The notes: a model not told the origin generated them from the letters alone. Numbered from the stretch's first letter, positions 52,271-61,259 are shown. The stretch: DNA of 64,000 nucleotides from Candidatus Bathyarchaeota archaeon (GCA_963811105.1 CAWEPZ010000009.1:256001-320000); one strand, 5' to 3'. Made by a program: numbers and translations.

Positions 52271-53131
52271 TTGAGCAGCATGAACAAGCTTGGCGGCTTC
52301 ATCAGGTTAATACGACCAATCAACTGCTTAATGATGGGATTCGCTGTTCTTGTAGGAGCAATTCTAGCCAACCTCCAATTAGCCGGCTTAAACTGGCTTA
52401 ACATCCTATTCGGTTTCTTAACGGGCTTCACTTTTTGTGCTGCAGCGATGGTCATTAACGACTACTACGACAGATATATCGATGCCATTAACGAACCCTC
52501 TCGCCCTATTCCAAGCGGTTTAGTGAAAACCAATGAAGCCTTAATTTTCATGATTTTGCTTTCTGCTGTAGGTTTTGCTTTCGCCTTCTTGGTTAGCATT
52601 CTCTGTTTAGCTGTGGCAGCTGCTTCTCTTGCAATTACCGCAACTTATTTGACCGTGGGTAAGCGCAGCGGGTTGCCGGGGAACTTTCTGGTAAGTATAT
52701 GCGTAGCCATTCCCTTTATTTACGGCAGCCTAGTCGCCGTCAACTTTGTAAAGTTAAACATTCTGCTGTTTGCGACCATGGCTTTCTTATCCAACACCGG
52801 CAGAGAAATTACAAAAGGTATCGTAGACACAAAAGGAGATAGCGCCAAAGGCATCAAAACGCTTGCAGTACGATTCGGTGAAAAAAACGCGGCAATTGTG
52901 GCTGCGGTGTTTTATGTTTCGGCGGTGGCGTTGACACCTGTTACGTGGTTCTTGAATTTAGTGGGGGTAGGGTTTATTCCGTTTGTTTTAGTAACTGATG
53001 TGGGACTAATAGCTTGTTCAGTTATTCTACTCTTGGATCATTCACGGGAAAAGGCAAGAAAAATCAAGAATGTAGTTTTGCTGCTATTTTTGGTCGGGTT
53101 GTTAGCATATGTTTTTGGCAGTTTTAAATGA
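52271..53131 (+). CDS. UbiA prenyltransferase (digeranylgeranylglyceryl phosphate synthase-like)
   Basis: RPIN, NDYYDRYIDAINEPSRPIPSG, REITKGIVD.KGD. Confidence 0.9.
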   Translation: MSSMNKLGGFIRLIRPINCLMMGFAVLVGAILANLQLAGLNWLNILFGFLTGFTFCAAAMVINDYYDRYIDAINEPSRPIPSGLVKTNEALIFMILLSAVGFAFAFLVSILCLAVAAASLAITATYLTVGKRSGLPGNFLVSICVAIPFIYGSLVAVNFVKLNILLFATMAFLSNTGREITKGIVDTKGDSAKGIKTLAVRFGEKNAAIVAAVFYVSAVALTPVTWFLNLVGVGFIPFVLVTDVGLIACSVILLLDHSREKARKIKNVVLLLFLVGLLAYVFGSFK

Positions 53132-53231
53132 AAAACCGCAAAGTAGCCTCGTTATTTTTTACATATATATCTGCATGTTAGCAACAATTAAAAGCGCCTT
53201 TCGCTGAATCAACCTTCAAGAGGATGTTAAC

Positions 53232-53882
53232 ATGTCTGAACGATTTGCTAAAAAATGGGAAGCTAAAAGAGAAGAAGAATCATTTGGAAAAGCCATACAT
53301 GATACTATTCAGCCGCCACCACCACTAAAAATAGCCTTAGACCTTGCCTGCAGAAAACTTGATTTGCAAATTGGCAAGCTTGACCAAGCTAATGAACGCT
53401 TTACGCAAAAAGATAAGTCCCTTTTCGCTAAACTAGTGCAAGCATATACAAACCATGATTCATCACACGCAAACATTTATGCTATCGAACTAGCAGAAAT
53501 CCGCAAAATGACAAAACTAATTATGAACGCAAGACTCGCACTTGACCAAGTAGCTCTCCGCATAAAAACAGTTTCCGAGTTAGGAGATGTCGTTTCTGCA
53601 TTAGGACCATGCATTGGTGTACTGCGCAGCGTTAGCTGTGGACTTGGCGGAGTTTTACCTGAAGCAGAAAACGAACTAGGTGACATCGGAAATATGCTAA
53701 GCGGCTTAATGTTTGACGCAGGCACAAGCAGCGGAATGTCACTGAACTTCAACTCATGCAACGAAGATGCAGAAAGAATCCTAGCAGAAGCAGCAACTGT
53801 AGCTGAACAAAGAGTCAACTCCAATTTCCCTGACCTTCCACCAGGAATGTCAACAGGCACAGCTAATAAAACACAAACTTAA
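53232..53882 (+). CDS. cdvB: ESCRT-III/Snf7 (CdvB paralogue)
   Basis: ANIYAIELAEIRK, LR..TV.ELGD, PEA.EL, EDAERILAEAA..AE; no C-terminal wHTH. Confidence 0.85.
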   Translation: MSERFAKKWEAKREEESFGKAIHDTIQPPPPLKIALDLACRKLDLQIGKLDQANERFTQKDKSLFAKLVQAYTNHDSSHANIYAIELAEIRKMTKLIMNARLALDQVALRIKTVSELGDVVSALGPCIGVLRSVSCGLGGVLPEAENELGDIGNMLSGLMFDAGTSSGMSLNFNSCNEDAERILAEAATVAEQRVNSNFPDLPPGMSTGTANKTQT

Positions 53883-54116
53883 GCAGAAAATACTTCTTTT
53901 TTAGCCCTCTGCCTTTCTTTTTTTTAGATTCAGAATCTTAGCTTGACAAAAATTGAGCATAGTTTACTCTATTTCGGATGGTTTGACCTTGCTCAAAAGA
54001 TTTTAGCTGTCATGCAATTGTATGTGCTTTCAGAAATGTCAACTTTGAATCTGCACAGTACAAAGATAAACAAGTCCCTTCAAAAAACGCCTATTAGTAC
54101 ATATTAGAACGAAATG

Positions 54117-54133
54117 TTCTAACAATTGGACTT
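54117..54133 (+). repeat. attL core TTCTAACAATTGGACTT
   Basis: Identical to 61823-61839. Confidence 0.88.
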
Positions 54134-54200
54134 TTTAGATGTTAAATTCCAAATTATTTATAAGCCCAGTTGAGAATACACTTTTGAGGATTGAGATAAC

Positions 54201-55412
54201 TTGACAAAGTTTGATGTAGTCGAAACTTGGATAAGCACAGTAGCTTTTTCTCACTCCAACAGCGAACGAACAAGCTTATGTTACCGCGAGAGTCTCAGGA
54301 AGTTTGAAGCCTACGCTGGAAAAACAGCCCAAGAAATCTATGTTGAGTATCAAAGCCCAAATGTTAGCGACAACAAATTCAAAATGTATTATGCGCAAGC
54401 TTTGAAAGGAATGATCGGGGACCTCCACAAAAGAGGGTACTCTGCTTCTTCTGTTTCAACTGCTGTTAACGCTGTGAAGTCCTTCTTCAAATATTCTGAC
54501 CTGCCTTTAGGCTTCATTCCTTCTGGTAATTCTATGATTGAGTTTCACAACAAAGACATCGAGAGAACTGATATTCTTGAGGTCCTGAAGACTTCTGGTC
54601 CACGAGAGAAGGCTTTCTTCACTTTGATGGCGCAATCAGGCTTGAGACCTATCACGCTTTGCGCCTTGAAACTCAAAGACGTAGAGAAGATCTTAGATGA
54701 GGACACGCCGATTCCTTGTTTAATCAAGGTGAAAATGGAGAACACTAAGGGCAAATTCTCTGAGTATTTTAGTTTTTGCGGAGAAGACTCTGTTGCGTAC
54801 TTGAAGGATTACTTGAAGACTAGGTCGAATTTGAACCCAGAATCTTACTTATTCTCTATGCAAGGCTTAGAGACTCAGCTTAACCCGGGTGTTGAAAGCC
54901 ACGTTTTCGACAAAACTGCTAAGAAGCTGAGGAACAGCGGAGTCCTTGACTACAAAACAGAAACGAAAGAGTTGAAGCAAGAGGTCCTGAGGAAAAGCGG
55001 AACCTACACACGCAACCTTCTCACGAGATCCGAGTTTCGACTGTACAATTTGCGGAAGTTCTTCAGGAAATATGCGAATCAAGCTGGAGGCGAATACGTC
55101 AACTTCTGGATGGGACACCTGTCAGCTTTGGGAGTGGACCTTCACTACTTCAGTCAAGACGTTGAGCAACACCGCGAGATTTACCGAGAGAAAGCTATGT
55201 CTTTCTTGCGCTTAGAGACACAGACACCGAGCGAGAACGAGAAACAGATCAAAGAGTTGAGAGAAGAGAATCTTGAGTTGAAAGCTGAAATAGCTGAGTT
55301 AGCGAAGGCACAAGAGAATTATGTGTATTTGGAACAGAAGTTTCTGAACCTCGAGAAACTGTTTGAGAAATTTGAAGCCTCCAAAGGCAAAGCTGTAACA
55401 GAGAAATCTTAA
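54201..55412 (+). CDS. Tyrosine recombinase/integrase with C-terminal coiled coil
   Basis: SGLR, TKG, YNLRK (HxxR position), MGH, HY catalytic motifs. Confidence 0.92.
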   Translation: MTKFDVVETWISTVAFSHSNSERTSLCYRESLRKFEAYAGKTAQEIYVEYQSPNVSDNKFKMYYAQALKGMIGDLHKRGYSASSVSTAVNAVKSFFKYSDLPLGFIPSGNSMIEFHNKDIERTDILEVLKTSGPREKAFFTLMAQSGLRPITLCALKLKDVEKILDEDTPIPCLIKVKMENTKGKFSEYFSFCGEDSVAYLKDYLKTRSNLNPESYLFSMQGLETQLNPGVESHVFDKTAKKLRNSGVLDYKTETKELKQEVLRKSGTYTRNLLTRSEFRLYNLRKFFRKYANQAGGEYVNFWMGHLSALGVDLHYFSQDVEQHREIYREKAMSFLRLETQTPSENEKQIKELREENLELKAEIAELAKAQENYVYLEQKFLNLEKLFEKFEASKGKAVTEKS

Positions 55413-55500
55413 GAATCAATGTTCTCCAATGGTTTCCATCTGTTGAAATAAGCTCATCTTGAGCTTCTTTTTATTATTGCTGGCTAAATAAGGCTTATAA

Positions 55501-55513
55501 GTTACTTAGTAAC
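55501..55513. promoter_or_regulatory. Palindrome GTTACT-T-AGTAAC just after TATA (operator candidate)
   Basis: Follows TTATAA at 55495-55500; sibling motif at 61501-61513. Confidence 0.5.
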
Positions 55514-55521
55514 CCAATAAC

Positions 55522-56055
55522 TTGAGGATTGAGTTAGAATTGAAAATATTGAAGTCTAAAAAGAAAATAAGCCTTATCGCTCTGTCCTTAGTTTCTTTGA
55601 TGTTAGTGTCTGGGGCGATGGGCGCAGTTCTGTTCTCCCGTCAAGTCGGGTCAACAATCAACGTGGTCTACAGTCGAGACCTCCAAATGTTCAGCAACAC
55701 CGCTTGCACTACAACTTTGACAAGTTTTAGCTACGGAGATGTAGCACCGAACACTGTCAAAGTTTATGGTTCAACAGATCCGAGTATCTATGGAAAGAAT
55801 CCTACTACTGCTCAAGGCGCAATTAATGTGACTTGGCACGTAACTGGTCTTCCAAGTTGGTTAACTTTGACTTTGAAAGGTGGCGGAGGATCTTTTGGTG
55901 TGGCTCTGCAAAATTGGGACCTTGGAACTGAAGGATGTGTGTTGGCTGTTGGCGACAAGTTTTATTGTGAAGTCACTTTGACTGTTGCTTCAAATGCTCC
56001 TGAAGGTTCCGCTTTGAACGCTGGAACCTTAGTGTTTGACTGTACTCAAGCTTAG
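55522..56055 (+). CDS. Secreted beta-rich protein of the element
   Basis: KKK + hydrophobic signal ending GAMG/A; beta-strand-rich mature part; T-tract terminator at ~56070. Confidence 0.8.
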   Translation: MRIELELKILKSKKKISLIALSLVSLMLVSGAMGAVLFSRQVGSTINVVYSRDLQMFSNTACTTTLTSFSYGDVAPNTVKVYGSTDPSIYGKNPTTAQGAINVTWHVTGLPSWLTLTLKGGGGSFGVALQNWDLGTEGCVLAVGDKFYCEVTLTVASNAPEGSALNAGTLVFDCTQA

Positions 56056-56134
56056 GAGTCAGTCCCTCTCTCTTTTTTTTGGTGGTTGAAAGGTTCAGTG
56101 GAAACTTTGAGGTTGTCTCTGTGGAGTGGTTGAT

Positions 56135-56275
56135 GTGAAAAGAAAATGTGAAGTTGCTGAAGTTGAAGCTTTAGATGTTGAGTGTCTTGAGGAACTTGAG
56201 TGGGAGAGACGTTGGGAACAGCGTAGAAGGTTGGAACGGAAACTTGACTTTGAGAGGATGATCAGCTTTGGCTAA
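56135..56275 (+). CDS. 46-aa charged microprotein (not in ORF track)
   Basis: MKRKCEVAEVEALDVECLEELEWERRWEQRRRLERKLDFERMISFG; GGAG upstream; overlaps the next ORF. Confidence 0.55.
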   Translation: MKRKCEVAEVEALDVECLEELEWERRWEQRRRLERKLDFERMISFG

Positions 56276-56429
56276 GTCAGCTAAATGGGTTGGTTTAGGC
56301 TTAGGAAGACGCTGTAGAATCCGCATGCGCTGTCAAGAGTGCGATGTGACCTTTTGGAAGTGGCTGACTCTTCAAACTCTTGAGGTTCATTGTCCAAATT
56401 GCCGAAGTGACTGTGTTGAAGGTCTGTAG
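56268..56429 (+). CDS. 53-aa Zn-ribbon microprotein (not in ORF track)
   Basis: RCQECDVTF...HCPNCRS; SD GAGAGGA; T-tract follows. Confidence 0.7.
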   Translation: MAKSAKWVGLGLGRRCRIRMRCQECDVTFWKWLTLQTLEVHCPNCRSDCVEGL

Positions 56430-56472
56430 GCAGACCCTTTTTTCTTTGGTCTCTTAACCCTGCTTTTTTTGC

Positions 56473-56787
56473 TTAACTTTCTGTTGAGTCACAGGAGTCA
56501 CAGTAGCGGTCTTCAAAGTCCACTCTGCAACGGACCTCGTTCAATCTCGGAATCACTGGTGGAACACTCCAGCCTAACAGATGTCTTCCACGTTGAGGAA
56601 GCTCGTAGGCTTTGTACCTGCTGATTGAAGCGTAAACTTCTCCTTTGACTCCATGGGGAAGAATTGATCCGCACACTCGACATTTTAAGCCTTCAGTCTT
56701 CATTGGAATCATGTGAAAAATGGTTCTCTTAGTCGCTGTCGGAAAACTGATTCCTTTCTTGGATATTACTGCTTTAGCCCAAACCAT
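56473..56787 (-). CDS. Zn-finger protein
   Basis: CRVCG...YCDSC; SD GAGGA. Confidence 0.7.
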   Translation of the reverse strand: MVWAKAVISKKGISFPTATKRTIFHMIPMKTEGLKCRVCGSILPHGVKGEVYASISRYKAYELPQRGRHLLGWSVPPVIPRLNEVRCRVDFEDRYCDSCDSTES

Positions 56788-57040
56788 AGTTCAGAGTCCT
56801 CTTTCAAAGGTTTCAAGTTTCTGTGCTGGAACATAAGAATTTTTGGTTTAACATTGAAGGTTGAGACCACTACATCCAATTGGATCTAACTGGGAAGATG
56901 TTTGGAAGTGAAGGCTTAACCAGCCGAATAGAAGAAAGGAGACGAGTTTCCTAGGGAACTGTTCTCTGATGGAAGGCAGAGGACAACTCCTTTATTTGCC
57001 CAGTGAATTCGCCTTAGCTGGGTGGAATGTGACTGTTCTT

Positions 57041-57616
57041 CTACTCGGTTTCTGGAGCCTTCAACTTCCAAGTGATCTTCAAAGCAGGCTGGTAGCCTCT
57101 TATCAGCTTAGTCGGGTCCAACAGGGGAATTATGCTTTCGTACTGGATCTTGTTTTCTCGCTTCAGCCTTTCTGCTTCGGATTGTGCTAGTTTGCAGAAG
57201 TGTTCTGGTGCTATGGCGACTTTGGCGACTCTGGTGTCAAACACTGTTTTGAAGGGCAGATTCTCTAAAACTCTGCTCTCGTAGCTTTGTGGAAATCCTA
57301 GTCTGATTTGGTGTTCTGTGGATCCTAAAGTTCTTGCATTTGCCACTGCTTGCTCGTAAGCTAACTTTGCCTTCGGCAATTCCACAGCTAGGTACTTCTC
57401 GTTAACTGTTTTTTGGTGACTGTGCTCTATGGAATCTTTCTGGTTAACCCACACGTCAGCGTATCCTGCTGAAGCTTCAATGTAGCCTTCTCGCTCGACT
57501 AGGTTGGCTCCCCAGTTTTGTCTGTAACCTAAAATGATTTCCCAAGAGAAGCCTTCAGTTACACCAGCATACTCCAGAACACTCTTCTTTTGAATCTTAG
57601 GTTTCTTCGTTGGCAA
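57041..57616 (-). CDS. Hypothetical element protein
   Basis: 191-aa ORF starting a few nucleotides after the upstream ORF in the leftward operon. Confidence 0.7.
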   Translation of the reverse strand: MPTKKPKIQKKSVLEYAGVTEGFSWEIILGYRQNWGANLVEREGYIEASAGYADVWVNQKDSIEHSHQKTVNEKYLAVELPKAKLAYEQAVANARTLGSTEHQIRLGFPQSYESRVLENLPFKTVFDTRVAKVAIAPEHFCKLAQSEAERLKRENKIQYESIIPLLDPTKLIRGYQPALKITWKLKAPETE

Positions 57617-57620
57617 CGCT

Positions 57621-58079
57621 TCAAGCCTTCAGGTCTTCAAGTTTCACAGTTAACGATTTCTCGCACTCTTTCAGGTAATGTATGAACTCGCTTAACACAG
57701 GAGAAATGGATTCACTGATTACGGAAGGTGTGACGCCTAAGACTACGCCTTCAAAGAACTCTTTCTTCTTCTCGGTTTCAGTCCTTGACTTCAAGATGCC
57801 GTTTTGGTTTGGATGTCCCTTCAAACTCCAAATAGCCTCGTTCAGTTGACATTCACCGTTCACTAACAACATTTCAAGCGCTAATGAGTCACGTACCGCT
57901 TTATGCATGATACCAGCCATGTTGTAGAGTTGATGTAGCATAACTGTCGCTGGCAAATAGTCTCCTTTAGACTTGAAATCTTCATGAGAAAGCTCTTTCT
58001 CAAGAAATTGACACTCTGTATCTAGACTGCAACCAAACTGTAACTCTAAAGTCTTCAATTTCGCATGGATAGGCAACAT
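57621..58079 (-). CDS. Hypothetical element protein
   Basis: 152-aa ORF in the leftward operon. Confidence 0.65.
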   Translation of the reverse strand: MLPIHAKLKTLELQFGCSLDTECQFLEKELSHEDFKSKGDYLPATVMLHQLYNMAGIMHKAVRDSLALEMLLVNGECQLNEAIWSLKGHPNQNGILKSRTETEKKKEFFEGVVLGVTPSVISESISPVLSEFIHYLKECEKSLTVKLEDLKA

Positions 58080-58151
58080 ACTAATTCTATGTCCTCAGTA
58101 ATGGGCAAACCTGAGTTTTTCAACAGGCCGACACTTCAACACTCCACCCAG

Positions 58152-58220
58152 TTGTGCAACATTGCACAAGTGGATGAATCGACCTTTGTGCAACATTGCA
58201 CAAACGTGGATAAATCAACA
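58152..58220. repeat. Tandem pair of TTGTGCAA-CA-TTGCACAA palindromes
   Basis: Copies at 58152-58169 and 58186-58203, each followed by GTGGATRAATCRAC. Confidence 0.8.
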
Positions 58221-58517
58221 TTTTCTGGAAAGAATCTTCCTCAACTTCTCAGGCTTAAACATCTTATGAAGAGATCTCTGGTGTAGCTGTAGAATTTCTT
58301 GGTCCCTCTTCAAGTCCTCCTCAAGCTCAAGACGCTTCAAGTACAGGACCCTGTTCTCTACTGGAACTCCTTTGAGTAACTCGAGTTCTGCTCTGTGTTT
58401 TCGCTTCAAATACTGGAGATGTTGCCTCTTCTGTTCCTTGGACCTCACAGGTTTTCCTGCAACACTGAAGGAATCTGCATGGACACTTACTTCTCGGTCA
58501 ATGGAGTTTTCGATCAT
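58215..58517 (-). CDS. Hypothetical basic/coiled-coil element protein
   Basis: 100-aa ORF adjacent to the upstream ORF. Confidence 0.65.
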   Translation of the reverse strand: MIENSIDREVSVHADSFSVAGKPVRSKEQKRQHLQYLKRKHRAELELLKGVPVENRVLYLKRLELEEDLKRDQEILQLHQRSLHKMFKPEKLRKILSRKC

Positions 58518-58521
58518 TGAC

Positions 58522-59112
58522 TCATTTCCCCCTGTCTACAGAAGCTTTCTGAGTGCTAATTTGGCACATTTGAGTGTCAACTGGGACATTTCGTTTTCTT
58601 TGTCGAAAATAAGCTACTCTATGCTTCAAAGAACAGAACCTTGCCTTGTTGCTTTTAGCTTGAAAACGAGTTTTGCAGAATAAGCAAACCTTGTTTCTTC
58701 TCTGCTTCACATGCTCTCTACGTCTAATTATTCCAGCGTCAACACTGCAACGGTAAGAACAGTACAGTCGCCTTCTACTTTTAGAATAGAACAGGTTACC
58801 GCAAACAGAACAGTTTTTCTTAAAGTTTAAAGATTCATAACCCCAAAATTCGAGATTTTTTTCATAATCCTCGGGGTTTGCCGAATTTTGTACTATCCTA
58901 AGTTGCGGGTAACGTTCGCCTAAGGTTGGAAACGATTTTAGGCTATGTTCAATTGATCCTAACCTAACAGCGTTACAGTAGTCTATGCGTAGGCAAGTAT
59001 CTTTTTTCTTGAATTGTTCCTCTTCCCATGCGTCAAGCCAACTTAAGTCAGGTAACGATTTAATGCTTGTATCAATTGAGACAAGCTTGGAATCGTTACT
59101 CATGAAGAACAC
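58522..59112 (-). CDS. Double treble-clef (CGNR-like) Zn-finger protein
   Basis: CSVCG..F......YCSYRC and CLFC...F......FCSLKHR. Confidence 0.75.
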   Translation of the reverse strand: MFFMSNDSKLVSIDTSIKSLPDLSWLDAWEEEQFKKKDTCLRIDYCNAVRLGSIEHSLKSFPTLGERYPQLRIVQNSANPEDYEKNLEFWGYESLNFKKNCSVCGNLFYSKSRRRLYCSYRCSVDAGIIRRREHVKQRRNKVCLFCKTRFQAKSNKARFCSLKHRVAYFRQRKRNVPVDTQMCQISTQKASVDRGK

Positions 59113-60836
59113 CTGTCTACTGTAGGTTTCTGAGTGTCTGTTCGGTCCTTTTCTATGTCAACTGGAAGCTTAAGCTTGAAGCATGTGAGGAAACCAGCCC
59201 ATTTGTCTGAAGACACAGACATAAAATTGTCACCGATATAACCGCAACTTGCCAAATGAAAATCTCGACAGTTACCACACACTCTGTCTTCACTGTCAGA
59301 AGACGGAACCTTTGGAACCTGTGTTGTACCACTAAACCCAAGTGAGGCTGAAGCTTTCTTTGTTTCACTAACTACAAGTGGGGCTCCTGCCCCCTCACCT
59401 TCCTTCTCCTTTATACCCCCCTTTTCCCCTATTCCCTCTCCACTTGTGTTTAGTGAAACAAACATATTATGGTCACTACGACCGTTCAACGGTCCAAAAG
59501 GCAATATCAGAATTCTTAAAGTGGGATCCAGCAAAGTCCAGCCGTCTTTCTCTGGAACATGTTTAGAACCAATGACGGTGCCAGAGTAACCGTAGTGGTC
59601 TACTTCAATTTTCTCGTGTTTGACTACATTCAAGTATTCCAGTTCTTTGAGTTCTCGCCAACAGGTTGACAGGGGAATTTCTGTGGCTTCAGCAATTTCT
59701 CTTGTAGTGTACTGTTGATCATCTTTTTTCAATGCTTCTAAGATTTTGATTCTGTGAGGGTACACTGTGTCTTTTGCTACTCGCTGGACCGTTTTGAGTT
59801 CTTCTTCAGAAACAACAGTTTTTCCTCTTACCAAAGCGAGACAGATAGCTAACTTCAACAGTTGTTTGCTGAGTCGAGTCGGGTACTCTATGCTCGGCGT
59901 TAAGGAATTGTTGATTTCATATCGATAAAAATTGATTGAGACAGGTGTTCTCAAAGTAGCAGTTGCATTTGCAAGCTTCAAGATAACAGATAAAACTTCA
60001 GGTGAGACCGCTTCAATTTTCTTTGGTTCTTTATGGAAGTTGTCAAGTAGACGCCAAGTTATTTCCTGTAGTTCCTTACGCATTTCCTCTTCTTTGCCTA
60101 GGTTCGATAAGGCTTTCTCTGTTGCGAGTTTACGATCGGGATTATGTCTTATCTTCAGGAATCTCTCGCCTAGAGTGCCTTGTAGTTTTCCGTAGTGGTC
60201 AACTGCCGGGGTCACAGCCGCTATTAATCCAAAGTTGGCGTGAACTCTAACAGGTGTACCAGTTGTTCCGTAACCATACTCTAAGTAGCCATCGTAGCCA
60301 GCGCGTAGTTGACTGAAGATTTCATCTCGCTCTTCACTTCTTTTCCCAAGAATCAAAGTGAAGTCTTTGATGATCAAAACTTTGCCGTCGAGTTGTGGCA
60401 AAATTCCTTGCACAGGAACCATGTTGCCTTCTTCGTCTGGTTCAAGTTTGCCGCTGATCAAAGTGTGCGCAGTCAAAGAATCCAAAGTGTAAGCCATATC
60501 TGAAGTGTTTGCCCTTACGATCTCTGTTTTGGTTCCTCCGCTTGCACTTATTAACATAAGCCAAAGTGGATCGCCAGGTACGAGTCTGTCAATTGAACAC
60601 GCCATAATAACATCGATTACTTCGTGGTCGCTGTCGAGGTAAAGCCACTTCTGAAAGACTTCTTTGACTTCTTGAAGAGTTGCAGGAATAGGTGTTTTCT
60701 TTATTACTTCTAACATTTTTTTGCCTTCACCCCTACATTTGGGACATAGAAGATTGCCTGTAGCAGTGACTCTGGTTACTTCAGGGCTAACGATTCCGCA
60801 GGATACACATTGTTCCCACTTCGGTTTTTCCGTCAT
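59100..60836 (-). CDS. Divergent MCM-like AAA+ replication helicase with N-terminal Zn ribbon and wHTH
   Basis: CVSC..CPKC; Walker A SASGGTKT; Walker B LIIKDF; GERF finger; PTRL..QLLKLA sensor-2-like helix; wHTH TTREIAEATEIPLST..RELKEL. Confidence 0.7.
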   Translation of the reverse strand: MTEKPKWEQCVSCGIVSPEVTRVTATGNLLCPKCRGEGKKMLEVIKKTPIPATLQEVKEVFQKWLYLDSDHEVIDVIMACSIDRLVPGDPLWLMLISASGGTKTEIVRANTSDMAYTLDSLTAHTLISGKLEPDEEGNMVPVQGILPQLDGKVLIIKDFTLILGKRSEERDEIFSQLRAGYDGYLEYGYGTTGTPVRVHANFGLIAAVTPAVDHYGKLQGTLGERFLKIRHNPDRKLATEKALSNLGKEEEMRKELQEITWRLLDNFHKEPKKIEAVSPEVLSVILKLANATATLRTPVSINFYRYEINNSLTPSIEYPTRLSKQLLKLAICLALVRGKTVVSEEELKTVQRVAKDTVYPHRIKILEALKKDDQQYTTREIAEATEIPLSTCWRELKELEYLNVVKHEKIEVDHYGYSGTVIGSKHVPEKDGWTLLDPTLRILILPFGPLNGRSDHNMFVSLNTSGEGIGEKGGIKEKEGEGAGAPLVVSETKKASASLGFSGTTQVPKVPSSDSEDRVCGNCRDFHLASCGYIGDNFMSVSSDKWAGFLTCFKLKLPVDIEKDRTDTQKPTVDRCSS

Positions 60837-60952
60837 TGGTACAACTCCTCACCACAGCACCAGCATTGAGTTCTGTACTTAGAGTTCATTTTGCCACACT
60901 TCCAACATTGCACTGTGTTGGCGGTGACTACTCTTTCTTCAAGAACACTCAT
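60833..60952 (-). CDS. 39-aa RanBP2/NZF-type Zn finger (not in ORF track)
   Basis: CWKCGKMNSKYRTQCWCC = C-x2-C-x3-N-x6-C-x2-C; ATGA overlaps with both neighbours. Confidence 0.75.
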   Translation of the reverse strand: MSVLEERVVTANTVQCWKCGKMNSKYRTQCWCCGEELYQ

Positions 60953-61176
60953 TCCGTAGCCTCCTCCTCGAGTGGGTCCTTGCTTAATGGAATAATGAAT
61001 TTCCAGAAAGTGTGAAATTTGTCGCCTTCAGAAGGCAACATTTCGCCTCTCATCGCTATGAGGAAGGTTCCCTCGATTGTTTTGAAAAAAATTTCTAAGG
61101 CTTCTTGTTTTCCTGTTCCTTTAACAGTGATTGTTGACGCTTCTCTTGGTGGACGATTCTTGTTCATTGTTTTCAC
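60949..61176 (-). CDS. Hypothetical element protein
   Basis: 75-aa ORF translationally coupled to the downstream Zn finger. Confidence 0.65.
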   Translation of the reverse strand: MKTMNKNRPPREASTITVKGTGKQEALEIFFKTIEGTFLIAMRGEMLPSEGDKFHTFWKFIIPLSKDPLEEEATE

Positions 61177-61259
61177 TCTTCATGTGTTTTCACCTTACCC
61201 AAGTTCCAGTTTCCAGTTTCCAAGTTCCAGATTTTTTCCGTTTCAACCTTAAGAACGGA

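Noticed and set aside
54117-54148. att core as an XerA dif site
   Set aside because: TAA and TTA are 9 nt apart rather than 6, and arms do not fit the 11-6-11 layout; cannot be fully excluded.
56935-56993. Hammerhead ribozyme
   Set aside because: CUGANGA and GAAA are not at the required junctions on either strand.
58065-58286. Plus-strand ORFs sharing FVQ.CTN (also 61523-61726 and the overlapping 61530-61793)
   Set aside because: The shared peptide is a by-product of the DNA palindromes; no coding support.
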